NCBI GenBank assembly: GCA_016199495.1
Contig: JACQGQ010000079.1
Span: forward strand, 1 to 49,014
DNA from: Chloroflexota bacterium
Lineage (GTDB): Bacteria > Chloroflexota > Dehalococcoidia > Dehalococcoidales > UBA2162
DNA: 49,014 nucleotides
Direction of reading: 5' to 3'
Below are positions 17,332 to 25,994 of this stretch, one piece after another; the stretch's first letter is position 1; each line of letters starts with the position of its first letter. Under the pieces are notes generated by a model. It did no database searches. It was not told the origin of the DNA and was given only the letters and a program-made list of their open reading frames with translations. The position numbers and the translations under genes were made by a program.

Positions 17332-18012
17332 CTAGTCTCCTTCCTTGAGCACGATGCGGCCACATACTTGCTCCAGTTCTTCCCTGGAGATGGCGCCTTC
17401 CCGCAGGATTACGGGTGTTTCCCCGGTAACATCAACGATAGTAGATTCCTTACCCCCCGGGCAGCGGCCACCATCAATAACGAAATCTATCTTGTCGCCA
17501 AGTTGCCGATAGACTTCTTCAGCCGTCAACGGGCTTGGTCGGCCGCTGAGATTAGCGCTGGTGCCCACGATAGTGCCCCCCAGAGCGGCAGCCAGGGCAA
17601 CAGGAATGGGGTGGGCTGGAATACGCACGGCTATGGTTGTTTCTCCAGCCGTGATGATATCGGGGACTGAACTGGAGGCAGGTAGAACTAAGGTCAGGGC
17701 ACCCGGTAAGAATCTATGAATTAAGCGCCAGGCCGCCGGCGCTACCGTGGCGGCTATCCTGGTTAGCTGTGACGTGTCAGCCAGTAGTAAAGGGAGTGGC
17801 ATATTCCGTGGCCGTTGCTTTACCTTATAGACCCTCTCTACGGATTGGAGAAAGCCAGGGCAAGCCCCCAGACCGTAAACAGTATCGGTAGGATAGGCAA
17901 CCAGCCCGCCCTGCCTGAGAATAGAAATCCCCTTCTCAATCTGTTGTTGCATGTCTAAAGGAGGCTTATCCGGCATTACCCTTGTTACCTGCGGTGAGTA
18001 GTTTTTGCTCAT
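17332..18012 (-). CDS. tsaC: L-threonylcarbamoyladenylate synthase (TsaC/Sua5/YrdC family)
   Basis: GGLVAYPTDTVYGLGA motif. The sua5-rpiB adjacency is a known conserved pairing. The start is uncertain: the first ATG is at 18012, and ATG 17976 (MPDKPP...) is also plausible. The track's 18078 adds a hydrophobic extension. Confidence 0.8.
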   Translation of the reverse strand: MSKNYSPQVTRVMPDKPPLDMQQQIEKGISILRQGGLVAYPTDTVYGLGACPGFLQSVERVYKVKQRPRNMPLPLLLADTSQLTRIAATVAPAAWRLIHRFLPGALTLVLPASSSVPDIITAGETTIAVRIPAHPIPVALAAALGGTIVGTSANLSGRPSPLTAEEVYRQLGDKIDFVIDGGRCPGGKESTIVDVTGETPVILREGAISREELEQVCGRIVLKEGD

Positions 18013-18132
18013 CAAGCAATAGTATAGCACAGTATTCAGTAGAGCCAAAAGCGGTAAAAACGGCTGGAACTGTAGCAACGGCTAAAAACTGCTTTTGCCG
18101 TCACCTTTCAGGATGAGACTTTGCTTAATCGG

Positions 18133-18141
18133 TGGTATAAT
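18133..18141 (+). promoter_or_regulatory. Extended -10 promoter element (TGgTATAAT) upstream of guaA
   Basis: TG at 18133-18134 and TATAAT at 18136-18141. The -35 is poor. Confidence 0.45.
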
Positions 18142-18169
18142 AAGACAACGGAGGGTGTTATCAGTAGAA

Positions 18170-19858
18170 ATGGCTAGCAGTGAATCAAAGCAGGACATGA
18201 AGGCCGATGCTCGCCGGGTCACTACCAGTGGCGATATTGAAGTCTCTACCTATCTGGAAATTGCTAAAAAGATAGGTGGTGAGCAACCCACGGTGGCTAA
18301 GGAGGCTGTCGGTGGTGCTGAGCGTGAGACGATCGTTGTCCTTGACTTTGGTTCACAATATAGCCTGCTGATTACACGGCGAATACGTGAGTGTCAGGTA
18401 TATTGCGAGCTAGTGCCTTATGATACCCCCTGGGAAAAGATAGCTCTGCTTAAGCCAAAGGGGTTTATCCTCTCCGGGGGACCAGCCAGCGTTTACCAAC
18501 CGGGTGCCCCGCTCGCTCCGGCTTATATTTATGAGAGCCATCTGCCCGTGCTGGGCATCTGCTATGGGATGCAGGCTATCACCAAACAACTGGGTGGACA
18601 GGTCACCGCGGGGACGAAGCAGGAATATGGTCACGCTATTCTTCACCTCAGTGAGCCAGATTCACCTCTCTTGGCTGGTTTGGATGACGCATTACCGGTC
18701 TGGATGAGCCACGGTGATAAAATTGAAGCAATGCCGCCCGGTTTCAGGGCTTTAGCTTATACTGAGAATTCACCGGTTGCCGTCATGGGCAATGAAGAAG
18801 GAATATATGGTCTTCAGTTTCATCCTGAGGTAGCCCATACCCCCCAGGGAAAGGCTATTCTAAAAAACTTTGCCTACCGGATATGTGGTTGCCAGGGTAA
18901 CTGGACGATAGGTAATCTCATCAGTGAGAGCCTATCCCGAATTAAAGAGCGGGTGGGTAAGGGTAAGGTCATCAGCGCTCTCTCGGGAGGGGTTGATTCC
19001 GCCGTGGTCGCCACCCTCATCTACCAGGCTATTGGTGACCAGCTCACCTGTATCTACGTTAACAACGGGCTGCTGCGCCGTGAGGAAGTCGAGAGGACAT
19101 TTAAAGTCTTCCGCGAGAATTTGGGCATGAATATCATCTATGTCGATGCCAACGAAAGATTCCTGAAGCGATTAGAAGGGGTTATCGACCCGGAAATGAA
19201 ACGTAAGGTTATCGGCGAGGAGTTTATCAGGGTATTTGAAGAAGAGGCGAACAAGATAGGTAAGGTCGACTTTCTTGCCCAGGGGACTCTCTATCCGGAT
19301 GTCATTGAGAGTGCCGCCTCAGGCAGCACGGCTTCCGCCAAGATAAAGACCCACCATAATGTCGGTGGGCTGCCGGCCAAGATGAGACTCAGCCTGATTG
19401 AGCCTCTGCGCTACCTGTTTAAGGACGAGGTGCGCCAGGTAGGACTGGAGCTGGGTATGCCCGAAGAGATGGTGTGGCGGCAGCCCTTCCCCGGTCCGGG
19501 ACTGGCGATTCGTATTATTGGTGAGGTGACCAACGAGAAGCTGGAGCTGCTGCGCTCGGCTGATTTCATTGTTATGAATGAGATTAAAAAGGCAAAGTTG
19601 TATAACCAGCTATGGCAGACCTTTGCCGTCCTCACCGATGTCAAAAGCGTCGGCGTAATGGGGGATTACCGAACCTATGGCTATCTGGTGGCCATCCGCG
19701 CCGTGACCAGCGAGGATGCCATGACGGCCGACTGGGCACGCCTGCCTTATGATGTCCTGGCGCGGATTTCCAGTCGCATCGTCAACGAAGCCCCCGGCAT
19801 CAACCGCGTCGTCTACGATATCACCTCCAAACCCCCATCCACCATTGAGTGGGAGTAA
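18170..19858 (+). CDS. guaA: GMP synthase (glutamine-hydrolysing)
   Basis: [23 protein letters not shown] and a C-terminal ...TIEWE. The first ATG after the promoter is at 18170. In-frame GTG 18293 (SD ggtggtgag 8 nt upstream) would give a canonical-length protein of about 521 aa. The track's TTG 18095 lies upstream of the promoter. Confidence 0.9.
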   Translation: MASSESKQDMKADARRVTTSGDIEVSTYLEIAKKIGGEQPTVAKEAVGGAERETIVVLDFGSQYSLLITRRIRECQVYCELVPYDTPWEKIALLKPKGFILSGGPASVYQPGAPLAPAYIYESHLPVLGICYGMQAITKQLGGQVTAGTKQEYGHAILHLSEPDSPLLAGLDDALPVWMSHGDKIEAMPPGFRALAYTENSPVAVMGNEEGIYGLQFHPEVAHTPQGKAILKNFAYRICGCQGNWTIGNLISESLSRIKERVGKGKVISALSGGVDSAVVATLIYQAIGDQLTCIYVNNGLLRREEVERTFKVFRENLGMNIIYVDANERFLKRLEGVIDPEMKRKVIGEEFIRVFEEEANKIGKVDFLAQGTLYPDVIESAASGSTASAKIKTHHNVGGLPAKMRLSLIEPLRYLFKDEVRQVGLELGMPEEMVWRQPFPGPGLAIRIIGEVTNEKLELLRSADFIVMNEIKKAKLYNQLWQTFAVLTDVKSVGVMGDYRTYGYLVAIRAVTSEDAMTADWARLPYDVLARISSRIVNEAPGINRVVYDITSKPPSTIEWE

Positions 19859-19859
19859 G

Positions 19860-20020
19860 ATAAATAAAAGGAGAGTTTGAGAGGGGCGAAGTAGAGAAAA
19901 TCCCCCTTCGTCCCCCTTTACGAAAGGGGGGAGACTGAAGAAGGATTTTGAGGGGCGAAGCCCCTCAAATAAACATCTCTCCCCTCCTTTAAAGGAGAGG
20001 GGGACACAGGGGGTGAGGTA
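19860..20020. repeat. Family D hairpin-repeat cluster
   Basis: gaggggcgaag..., cccccttcgtccccctttacgaaagggggg, ttgaggggcgaagcccctcaa and tctcccctcctttaaaggagaggggga. Confidence 0.8.
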
Positions 20021-20024
20021 GATA

Positions 20025-20063
20025 AAGATACTGGCGGTTGGGGGTGGGGCCAGGGAGCACACC
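20025..20063 (+). pseudogene. Relic duplicate of the purD 5' end (reads KILAVGGGAREHT)
   Basis: 35/39 nt identical to 20716-20754 in direct orientation. It is followed by the hairpin ccccgtatttaatacgggg and the RBS of the next gene. Confidence 0.8.
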
Positions 20064-20102
20064 CCCGTATTACCCCGTATTTAATACGGGGTTTGGAGAG
20101 AT

Positions 20103-20675
20103 ATGACCGAAGAGCAGATGCTGGACTTGTTGCCCGGCGATATTTTTGCTACCGAAGGCAAGGGGATAGTCGGCTGGGTGTGTCGCCGTGTCTTCACTCC
20201 AGATACCGACCGCTTTCATCATGGCTTGCTGTGGCAGAAAACAGCCGACAATGACTGGATAACTTTGGAGTCTATCGGTAGAGGAATTACTGTCAGCCGA
20301 TTATCAGAGTATAAGGACCGAGATATTAAATTCTATCGGGTAAATTGCCCTGACGATATCAGGGATAAAGTTTGTCAAGAGCTGACAAAGTGGGGTAGAT
20401 ATAGTTATGATTATCGGCTGATTATCAAGATTGGCTTTGGTATCCTGAGGGCTTTACTTCGGAATCTCTTTAAAGGCAAATTTAGCAAGATTACTGCCGA
20501 TAACCTTCCATACTCCAAAGATGCCCATTTTATTTGCATTGAGGCGGTTGATTTGCCCTATTACCATCTGGGCTTTGCTATTATACCGCCAACAAGAATG
20601 CCGCTACCGAGTGCGGTGAAACAAGCAGAGTCGGAAGATAAAATCACTGAGATAAAGAGAGAAGCCCCCGATTAA
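20103..20675 (+). CDS. YiiX/YaeF-like permuted papain-fold (NlpC/P60 superfamily) hydrolase, putative
   Basis: 190 aa. GDIFAT...FHHGLLW...LESIGRGI...YRV...G..YDY...FICIEAV..PYY places His before Cys, as in the permuted C92/DUF830 family. Assignment is by eye. Confidence 0.45.
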   Translation: MTEEQMLDLLPGDIFATEGKGIVGWVCRRVFTPDTDRFHHGLLWQKTADNDWITLESIGRGITVSRLSEYKDRDIKFYRVNCPDDIRDKVCQELTKWGRYSYDYRLIIKIGFGILRALLRNLFKGKFSKITADNLPYSKDAHFICIEAVDLPYYHLGFAIIPPTRMPLPSAVKQAESEDKITEIKREAPD

Positions 20676-20712
20676 ATCGGGGGTAAAAACGATAATACTT
20701 AGGAGGTAACCT

Positions 20713-21987
20713 CTGAAGATACTGGTGGTTGGGGGCGGTGCCAGGGAGCATACCTTGGTCTGGAAACTGGCCCAAAGCCCCAAAGTGAAAGAGGTTTATG
20801 CCGCTCCGGGTAATGCCGGCACGGCTCAGATTGCCCGTAACCTGGATACGGACCCCAGTAATATAGAAGGGTTGGCTAAGGTTGCTCGGGGAAAGGGCAT
20901 TGAGCTGGTAGTCATCGGTCCGGAGGCGCTGCTGGCTGAGGGTATCGTTGACCGCTTTCAGAGTATCGGTATTCCTACTTTTGGTCCGACCAAGGGTGCC
21001 ACCCAGATAGAATCGAGCAAGGCGTTTGCCAGGGGGCTGATGCAAAAATATGGTATCCCCTGCCCCCGGAGTGTTAGCTTTTCCGAGTACAGCCAGGCAA
21101 AAGAGTATGTCAAGCAGCAGACGCCGCCCATTGTGATTAAGGCTGATGGGCTGGCCGCCGGTAAGGGGGTAACCGTAGCCGAGACTATCCCGCAGGCACT
21201 GGAAGCCCTGGTCAATATTATGGAGTTGAAAACACTGGGCGCGGCTGGTGACCGGGTAGTTATTGAAGAGTATCTTTCAGGGAAAGAGATGAGCTCCTTT
21301 GTCTTTACCGATAGTAAAACTGTAGTGCCGATGGTATCGGCCTGTGATTATAAAAGGATATACGATGAGGACAAGGGAGCTAATAGTGGTGGTATGGGTA
21401 GCTACAGCCCGCCACATTTTTATACTCCAGAACTAGGTAAAGCAGTGACGGAAACCATTATGAAGCCAGCCATAAAGGCTATGGAAAAAGAAAAAAGACT
21501 TTACCATGGTGTCCTCTATGGCGGGTTGATGATTACCAATGAAGGGCCAAGGGTGCTAGAATTCAATGCTAGATTCGGCGACCCGGAAACCCAGGTTATC
21601 CTGCCCCGGCTCAAGACTGACCTGGTTGATATTCTCCTCGCGGTCATCAATGGCAGTCTTGACCAAATAGATGTAGAATGGAGCGAGGATGCCTGTGTTG
21701 GCGTGGTCATGGCTTCGGGTGGCTACCCCGGCAGCTATAAAACAGGCTTTCCCATTACCGGGCTGGATAGTCTGGATAAGGACATCATGGTATTTCACGC
21801 GGGAACTAAGGTAGGGGCAGAGCCAGGGCAGGTCTTGACCAGCGGCGGGCGGGTGCTCAGCGTAGTCGCTACGGCTAGCACTCTCGCCGAAGCCAGAGAA
21901 AAAGTTTATGCTAATATCGCGCGAATCCACTTTGAGGGTTGCCATTACCGCAAGGATATTGCTCTGATAAAAGAGGGGGTAGGTTGA
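20713..21987 (+). CDS. purD: Phosphoribosylamine-glycine ligase
   Basis: GGGAREH and an ATP-grasp body. The track starts at GTG 20725 (MVGGGAREH), which removes the conserved KILVVG strand. AGGAGG (20701-20706) is 6 nt from the in-frame CTG at 20713, so a CTG start is proposed. Confidence 0.85.
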   Translation: MKILVVGGGAREHTLVWKLAQSPKVKEVYAAPGNAGTAQIARNLDTDPSNIEGLAKVARGKGIELVVIGPEALLAEGIVDRFQSIGIPTFGPTKGATQIESSKAFARGLMQKYGIPCPRSVSFSEYSQAKEYVKQQTPPIVIKADGLAAGKGVTVAETIPQALEALVNIMELKTLGAAGDRVVIEEYLSGKEMSSFVFTDSKTVVPMVSACDYKRIYDEDKGANSGGMGSYSPPHFYTPELGKAVTETIMKPAIKAMEKEKRLYHGVLYGGLMITNEGPRVLEFNARFGDPETQVILPRLKTDLVDILLAVINGSLDQIDVEWSEDACVGVVMASGGYPGSYKTGFPITGLDSLDKDIMVFHAGTKVGAEPGQVLTSGGRVLSVVATASTLAEAREKVYANIARIHFEGCHYRKDIALIKEGVG

Positions 21988-22135
21988 AGGGGCTTTGCCA
22001 CTTCAAAAACTTCTCTTCCCCCCCTCCTTTGAAGGTGAGAGATAAAAAAGGAGAGTCAAAGAGAGGCGAAGCCTCTCTTCTAAATCACTCCCCCTTCCCC
22101 TTAAGAAGGGGAAGGGGATAAAGGGGATAGGGTAT
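21988..22135. repeat. Family D hairpin-repeat cluster
   Basis: gaaggggctttgccacttc, cccctcctttgaaggtgagag, agagaggcgaagcctctct and cccccttccccttaagaaggggaagggg. Confidence 0.8.
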
Positions 22136-22597
22136 ATGCCACTGGTAGGTGTCGTCATGGGTTCAAAATCGGATACTGAAGCATTGCAGCCAACGCTGGA
22201 CGTATTAAGACAGCTTGGTATTGATTATGAGGTTAATGTAATTTCAGCCCACCGCACCCCGGAGAAAGCCCGGCAATACGGGCAGGCGGCACGAAGTCGG
22301 GGGATTGAGGTCATCATCGCTGCCGCCGGGGGAGCGGCTCATCTGCCCGGGGTGCTGGCGAGCTGGGCTACCCTGCCGGTTATCGGTGTGCCCTTAGCCA
22401 GCAGTGAGTTGAAGGGTATCGACGCTCTCTACTCTATCGTGCAGATGCCAGCCGGGATACCGGTAGCCAGCGTGGCTATCGGTGCTGCCGGAGCCAGGAA
22501 CGCTGCCTATCTGGCGGCTGAGATTCTGGGCTTAAAGTATGATGAGATACAGAAAGCCTACGAAAAGTATCGAAAGGAGCTACAGGGAAAAGGGTAG
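22136..22597 (+). CDS. purE: N5-carboxyaminoimidazole ribonucleotide mutase
   Basis: 153 aa with VGVVMGSKSD and AAGGAAHLPGV. Confidence 0.9.
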   Translation: MPLVGVVMGSKSDTEALQPTLDVLRQLGIDYEVNVISAHRTPEKARQYGQAARSRGIEVIIAAAGGAAHLPGVLASWATLPVIGVPLASSELKGIDALYSIVQMPAGIPVASVAIGAAGARNAAYLAAEILGLKYDEIQKAYEKYRKELQGKG

Positions 22598-22630
22598 TTT
22601 GAAGGGGCGAAACCCCTCTTTAATAAAATA

Positions 22631-22699
22631 CTAAATCCTAAACTTTAGGGATTTAAATTTTGAATTTGCTTAGGATTTAGAAATTAGAGTTTAGGATTT
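22631..22699. promoter_or_regulatory. AT-rich cluster of four TTAGG(G)ATTT motifs upstream of purB
   Basis: aaatcctaa (22633-22641, inverted), ttagggattt (22645-22654), ttaggattt (22670-22678) and ttaggattt (22691-22699). The first two form a hairpin. Confidence 0.3.
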
Positions 22700-22743
22700 C
22701 ACGAAAGAGGGGATAGGGTTGATAAATCTCAAGGAGACAAGCA

Positions 22744-24087
22744 ATGATTGAGCGCTATTCCAGGCCAGAGATGAAAAGGGTCTGGTCAGACGAGAATAAG
22801 TTTGCCAAGTGGCTGGAGGTTGAAATTGCTGTCTGTCAGGCCTGGGCTGGTTTAGGCGCTATTCCCAGGGAAGCCGTACCCAAGATAAAGCTTGCCCGGG
22901 TTAACCTGAAGCGCATGGAAGAGATTCTCCAGGAAACTCACCATGATATGACTGCCTTCCTTGCTTCCGTCTCCGAGAGCCTGGGTAAAGAATCGCGTTT
23001 TATTCACTTTGGTCTTACCTCCTCTGATGTCATCGATACCGCCCTCAGCTTACAGCTAGTTGAGGCCGCCGAGCTACTAACCCAGGATATCAAGGAGCTT
23101 ATTTCGGTACTGGCCGAAAAGGCAATAAAATATAAATATACGCCGATGGTCGGTCGCACTCACGGCATTCATGCCGAGCCGCTTTCCTTTGGCTTTAAGC
23201 TGGCATTATGGATTGAGGAGATGAACCGCAACCGGCAAAGGCTCAACGAAGCCAAAAAAGCCGTAGCCGTAGGTAAAATTTCAGGGGCAGTCGGTACCTA
23301 TGCTATGTTATCTCCTGAGCTTGAAGAGAAGGTTTGTGCCAGGTTGAAGCTTGCCCCGGCGCCGGTATCAAGCCAGGTTTTACAGCGGGACCGCCACGCT
23401 CAATTTGTGACTACCTTAGCGATAATTTCCAGCTCACTGGAGAAATTTGCCACTGAGATTAGGGGGTTGCAACGCACCGAAATAAGAGAGGTGGAAGAAC
23501 CCTTTGCGGTCGGTCAGACCGGCTCTTCAGCGATGCCACATAAACGGAATCCGGAGCTATGCGAACGGGTTTGTGGCTTGGCCCGGCTGGTAAGGGGCTA
23601 TGCCCTGACCTCAATGGAAAATATTGCCCTGTGGCATGAACGCGATATTAGCCACTCCTCGACCGAGCGCATTATTCTGCCTGATGCCTGTCTCATACTG
23701 GATTACTCACTCGCCCTTTTCACCTCGGTAATGAAAGGGCTGCAAGTTTATCCGCAACGGATGAAACGGAATCTGGAGCTTACTAAAGGCTTGATTTTCT
23801 CACAGCGAATAATGCTGGCCCTGATAGACAAGGGATTAAGCCGGCAAAAAGCCTATGAGCTGGTGCAGCGCAACGCCATGAAGTCATGGCAGGGGAATAA
23901 AAATTTCCTTAACCTGTTAAAGGCGGACCCTGAGGTTACGGCCAACCTGCCGCCGGCAGAACTTGAACCACTTTTTGACTATCAATACTACCTGCGTTAT
24001 CTGGATGAGGTTTTCCAGAGGCTGGGCTTAACCGAAGCTCAGTGGAAGGAGAAATCTAGTTGGCTAGGGATTGACAACATCCACTAA
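22744..24087 (+). CDS. purB: Adenylosuccinate lyase
   Basis: 447 aa with the fumarate-lyase signature GSSAMPHKRNP. Confidence 0.9.
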   Translation: MIERYSRPEMKRVWSDENKFAKWLEVEIAVCQAWAGLGAIPREAVPKIKLARVNLKRMEEILQETHHDMTAFLASVSESLGKESRFIHFGLTSSDVIDTALSLQLVEAAELLTQDIKELISVLAEKAIKYKYTPMVGRTHGIHAEPLSFGFKLALWIEEMNRNRQRLNEAKKAVAVGKISGAVGTYAMLSPELEEKVCARLKLAPAPVSSQVLQRDRHAQFVTTLAIISSSLEKFATEIRGLQRTEIREVEEPFAVGQTGSSAMPHKRNPELCERVCGLARLVRGYALTSMENIALWHERDISHSSTERIILPDACLILDYSLALFTSVMKGLQVYPQRMKRNLELTKGLIFSQRIMLALIDKGLSRQKAYELVQRNAMKSWQGNKNFLNLLKADPEVTANLPPAELEPLFDYQYYLRYLDEVFQRLGLTEAQWKEKSSWLGIDNIH

Positions 24088-24105
24088 AATTAGCTATTAT
24101 CAATA

Positions 24106-24663
24106 ATGATGCGAGTTATCACTGGTAGCGCTAAAGGGCACCAGCTTAAAGTAGCCAAGGGGACTATTACTCGACCAGCCACAGATTTAGTCAAGGGAGC
24201 GATTTTCTCTATTCTGGGGACTATTAGCCACGATTGGGAGCAGGTGCTTGATTTATTTTCCGGTAGCGGCGCTTTAGGTATTGAGGCTTTGAGCCGTGGT
24301 GCCGGTTGGGTCGATTTTGTTGAGCGTGCCCCACGATGTTGTGCTATAATTAGGCAAAATTTAGAAAAGACGAAGCTGTCCGGGCAAGCTCATGTTTATT
24401 GCTGTAGTGTCGTCAAAGCCCTTTCTTTCCTTGATAAGGAGTACGGCATTATACTGATGGACCCACCCTATTCCGATTCGTCTATAGGTAATCTGGTGGA
24501 GCAACTGGCAAACTCTAAATTAATTGGATTGGATACCACTTTGGTCGTAACCCACTCCCCTCACCTCAGCCTAGACTCAACCTATGGCGCATTAGAGCTT
24601 ATTAAAGAGCATCGCCATGGTGATAGCTGCATCGCCGTCTACCGAAAGGAGAGCATCGCGTGA
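24106..24663 (+). CDS. rsmD: 16S rRNA (guanine966-N2)-methyltransferase
   Basis: 185 aa with RPT.D..KGAIF, FSGSGALGIEALSRGA and MDPPY. Conserved pairing with coaD. Confidence 0.8.
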   Translation: MMRVITGSAKGHQLKVAKGTITRPATDLVKGAIFSILGTISHDWEQVLDLFSGSGALGIEALSRGAGWVDFVERAPRCCAIIRQNLEKTKLSGQAHVYCCSVVKALSFLDKEYGIILMDPPYSDSSIGNLVEQLANSKLIGLDTTLVVTHSPHLSLDSTYGALELIKEHRHGDSCIAVYRKESIA

Positions 24664-25145
24664 CTATCGCTGTTTACCCGGGTGCCTTTGACCCGATAAC
24701 CAACGGGCATCTTGATATTGCTATCAGAGCGGCTAAGCTTTTCGACAAGATAATCATCGGGGTCTATGACACCCCGGCTAAAGATATTCTGTTTACTACC
24801 GAAGAGAGGCTAGATTTGGTAAGACAGGCAATAGCTGACCTGCCCAATATTGAAGCAACCTGCTTTTCTGGCTTGGCCGTTGACTTTGTCAAGGAAGCAG
24901 GCGCTCAGGCAATAGTGCGCGGGCTGAGAGTAGGGGCTGACTTTGAACGTGAATTTGAGATGGCGCTGATGAATAAAAAGTTGTCTCCTGATTGTGAGCT
25001 GGTTTGTTTGATGACAAATCTAAAATACCAGTTCCTTAGCTCAAGCCTGCTCAAGGAAGTGGCCAGCCTGGGTGGCCAGATTGACAGCCTTGTCCCCAGA
25101 GCGGTGGCTGTCGCCTTAAAAAAGAAGGTTCGGCGCAAGGTGTGA
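24660..25145 (+). CDS. coaD: Phosphopantetheine adenylyltransferase
   Basis: YPGAFDPITNGHLDI. GTG start overlapping the rsmD stop by 4 nt. Confidence 0.9.
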   Translation: MTIAVYPGAFDPITNGHLDIAIRAAKLFDKIIIGVYDTPAKDILFTTEERLDLVRQAIADLPNIEATCFSGLAVDFVKEAGAQAIVRGLRVGADFEREFEMALMNKKLSPDCELVCLMTNLKYQFLSSSLLKEVASLGGQIDSLVPRAVAVALKKKVRRKV

Positions 25146-25182
25146 GACTACCCAGGCAAGAGTAACTGACTAAATAAAGTAA

Positions 25183-25461
<279 letters not shown>

Positions 25462-25471
25462 GGCCAGTTTT

Positions 25472-25960
25472 TTACTGAAAGAAAGAGCGTATCGAGTCAA
25501 ACTCCTCAGGCAGCAGAGCTAGCACTGCCGGGAAGCGGTCCAGTAATATGACCGCCAGGCTTGATGCTCTGATAACTTCAGATATGTCCAAGAACTTTAT
25601 CCAGGTGGCGAGCAGGGCGCCGCAGAATAGTGCCCCCAGCACCAAGCCAAAAACGGCGCCACCGAGGTGATTGACCCAGCCCAGCATTACTACCGAGGTG
25701 GCCCACTTCAGTAATCTGGCCAGCAGGCTGGTAATCACCATTATCACAACCAGGATGATGACAAAAGCAACTATTTCAGCCATGCCGGCTTGTGGGATAA
25801 AGGATAATTGCCTGGAGAGGGGCGCATAGTAGTACCCCGCCAGAATGATACCGAGTACTAACCCGGCTAGAGATAAGACGGCTTTTATGAGCCCGATTCT
25901 AAATCCAAGAAAGACGGGAATAACGACTACTACCAAAATTGCTATATCGAGCCAGTTCAT
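25472..25960 (-). CDS. cvpA: CvpA-family membrane protein
   Basis: 162 aa with 4 TM segments. The N-terminus MNWLDIAILVVVVIPVFLGFRIGLIK is typical of CvpA. Confidence 0.7.
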   Translation of the reverse strand: MNWLDIAILVVVVIPVFLGFRIGLIKAVLSLAGLVLGIILAGYYYAPLSRQLSFIPQAGMAEIVAFVIILVVIMVITSLLARLLKWATSVVMLGWVNHLGGAVFGLVLGALFCGALLATWIKFLDISEVIRASSLAVILLDRFPAVLALLPEEFDSIRSFFQ

Positions 25961-25994
25961 AGCTTTTTACTAACCTCACTCTATATGTATTATG

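Noticed and set aside
16936-17670. Long antisense ORFs (16936..17670, 41964..42695, 26677..27267, 11153..11671, 8002..8508 and similar)
   Set aside because: Each lies fully opposite a gene with strong family motifs. Their translations are low-complexity (Ser/Arg/Pro/Ala-rich), as is typical of the antisense frames of GC-rich genes.
18145-18292. Purine riboswitch upstream of guaA
   Set aside because: The conserved purine-riboswitch junction and loop strings, as I remember them, are absent. Only one simple hairpin is visible.
19610-20062. 150-aa minus-strand ORF spanning the guaA end and the repeat cluster (also 28034..28270, 5740..6093, 30391..30585 and 21939..22121)
   Set aside because: These ORFs are composed of translated hairpin repeats (..PLSFKGGE.., ..GEASLL..) and overlap real genes. 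They have no RBS and no coherent protein features.
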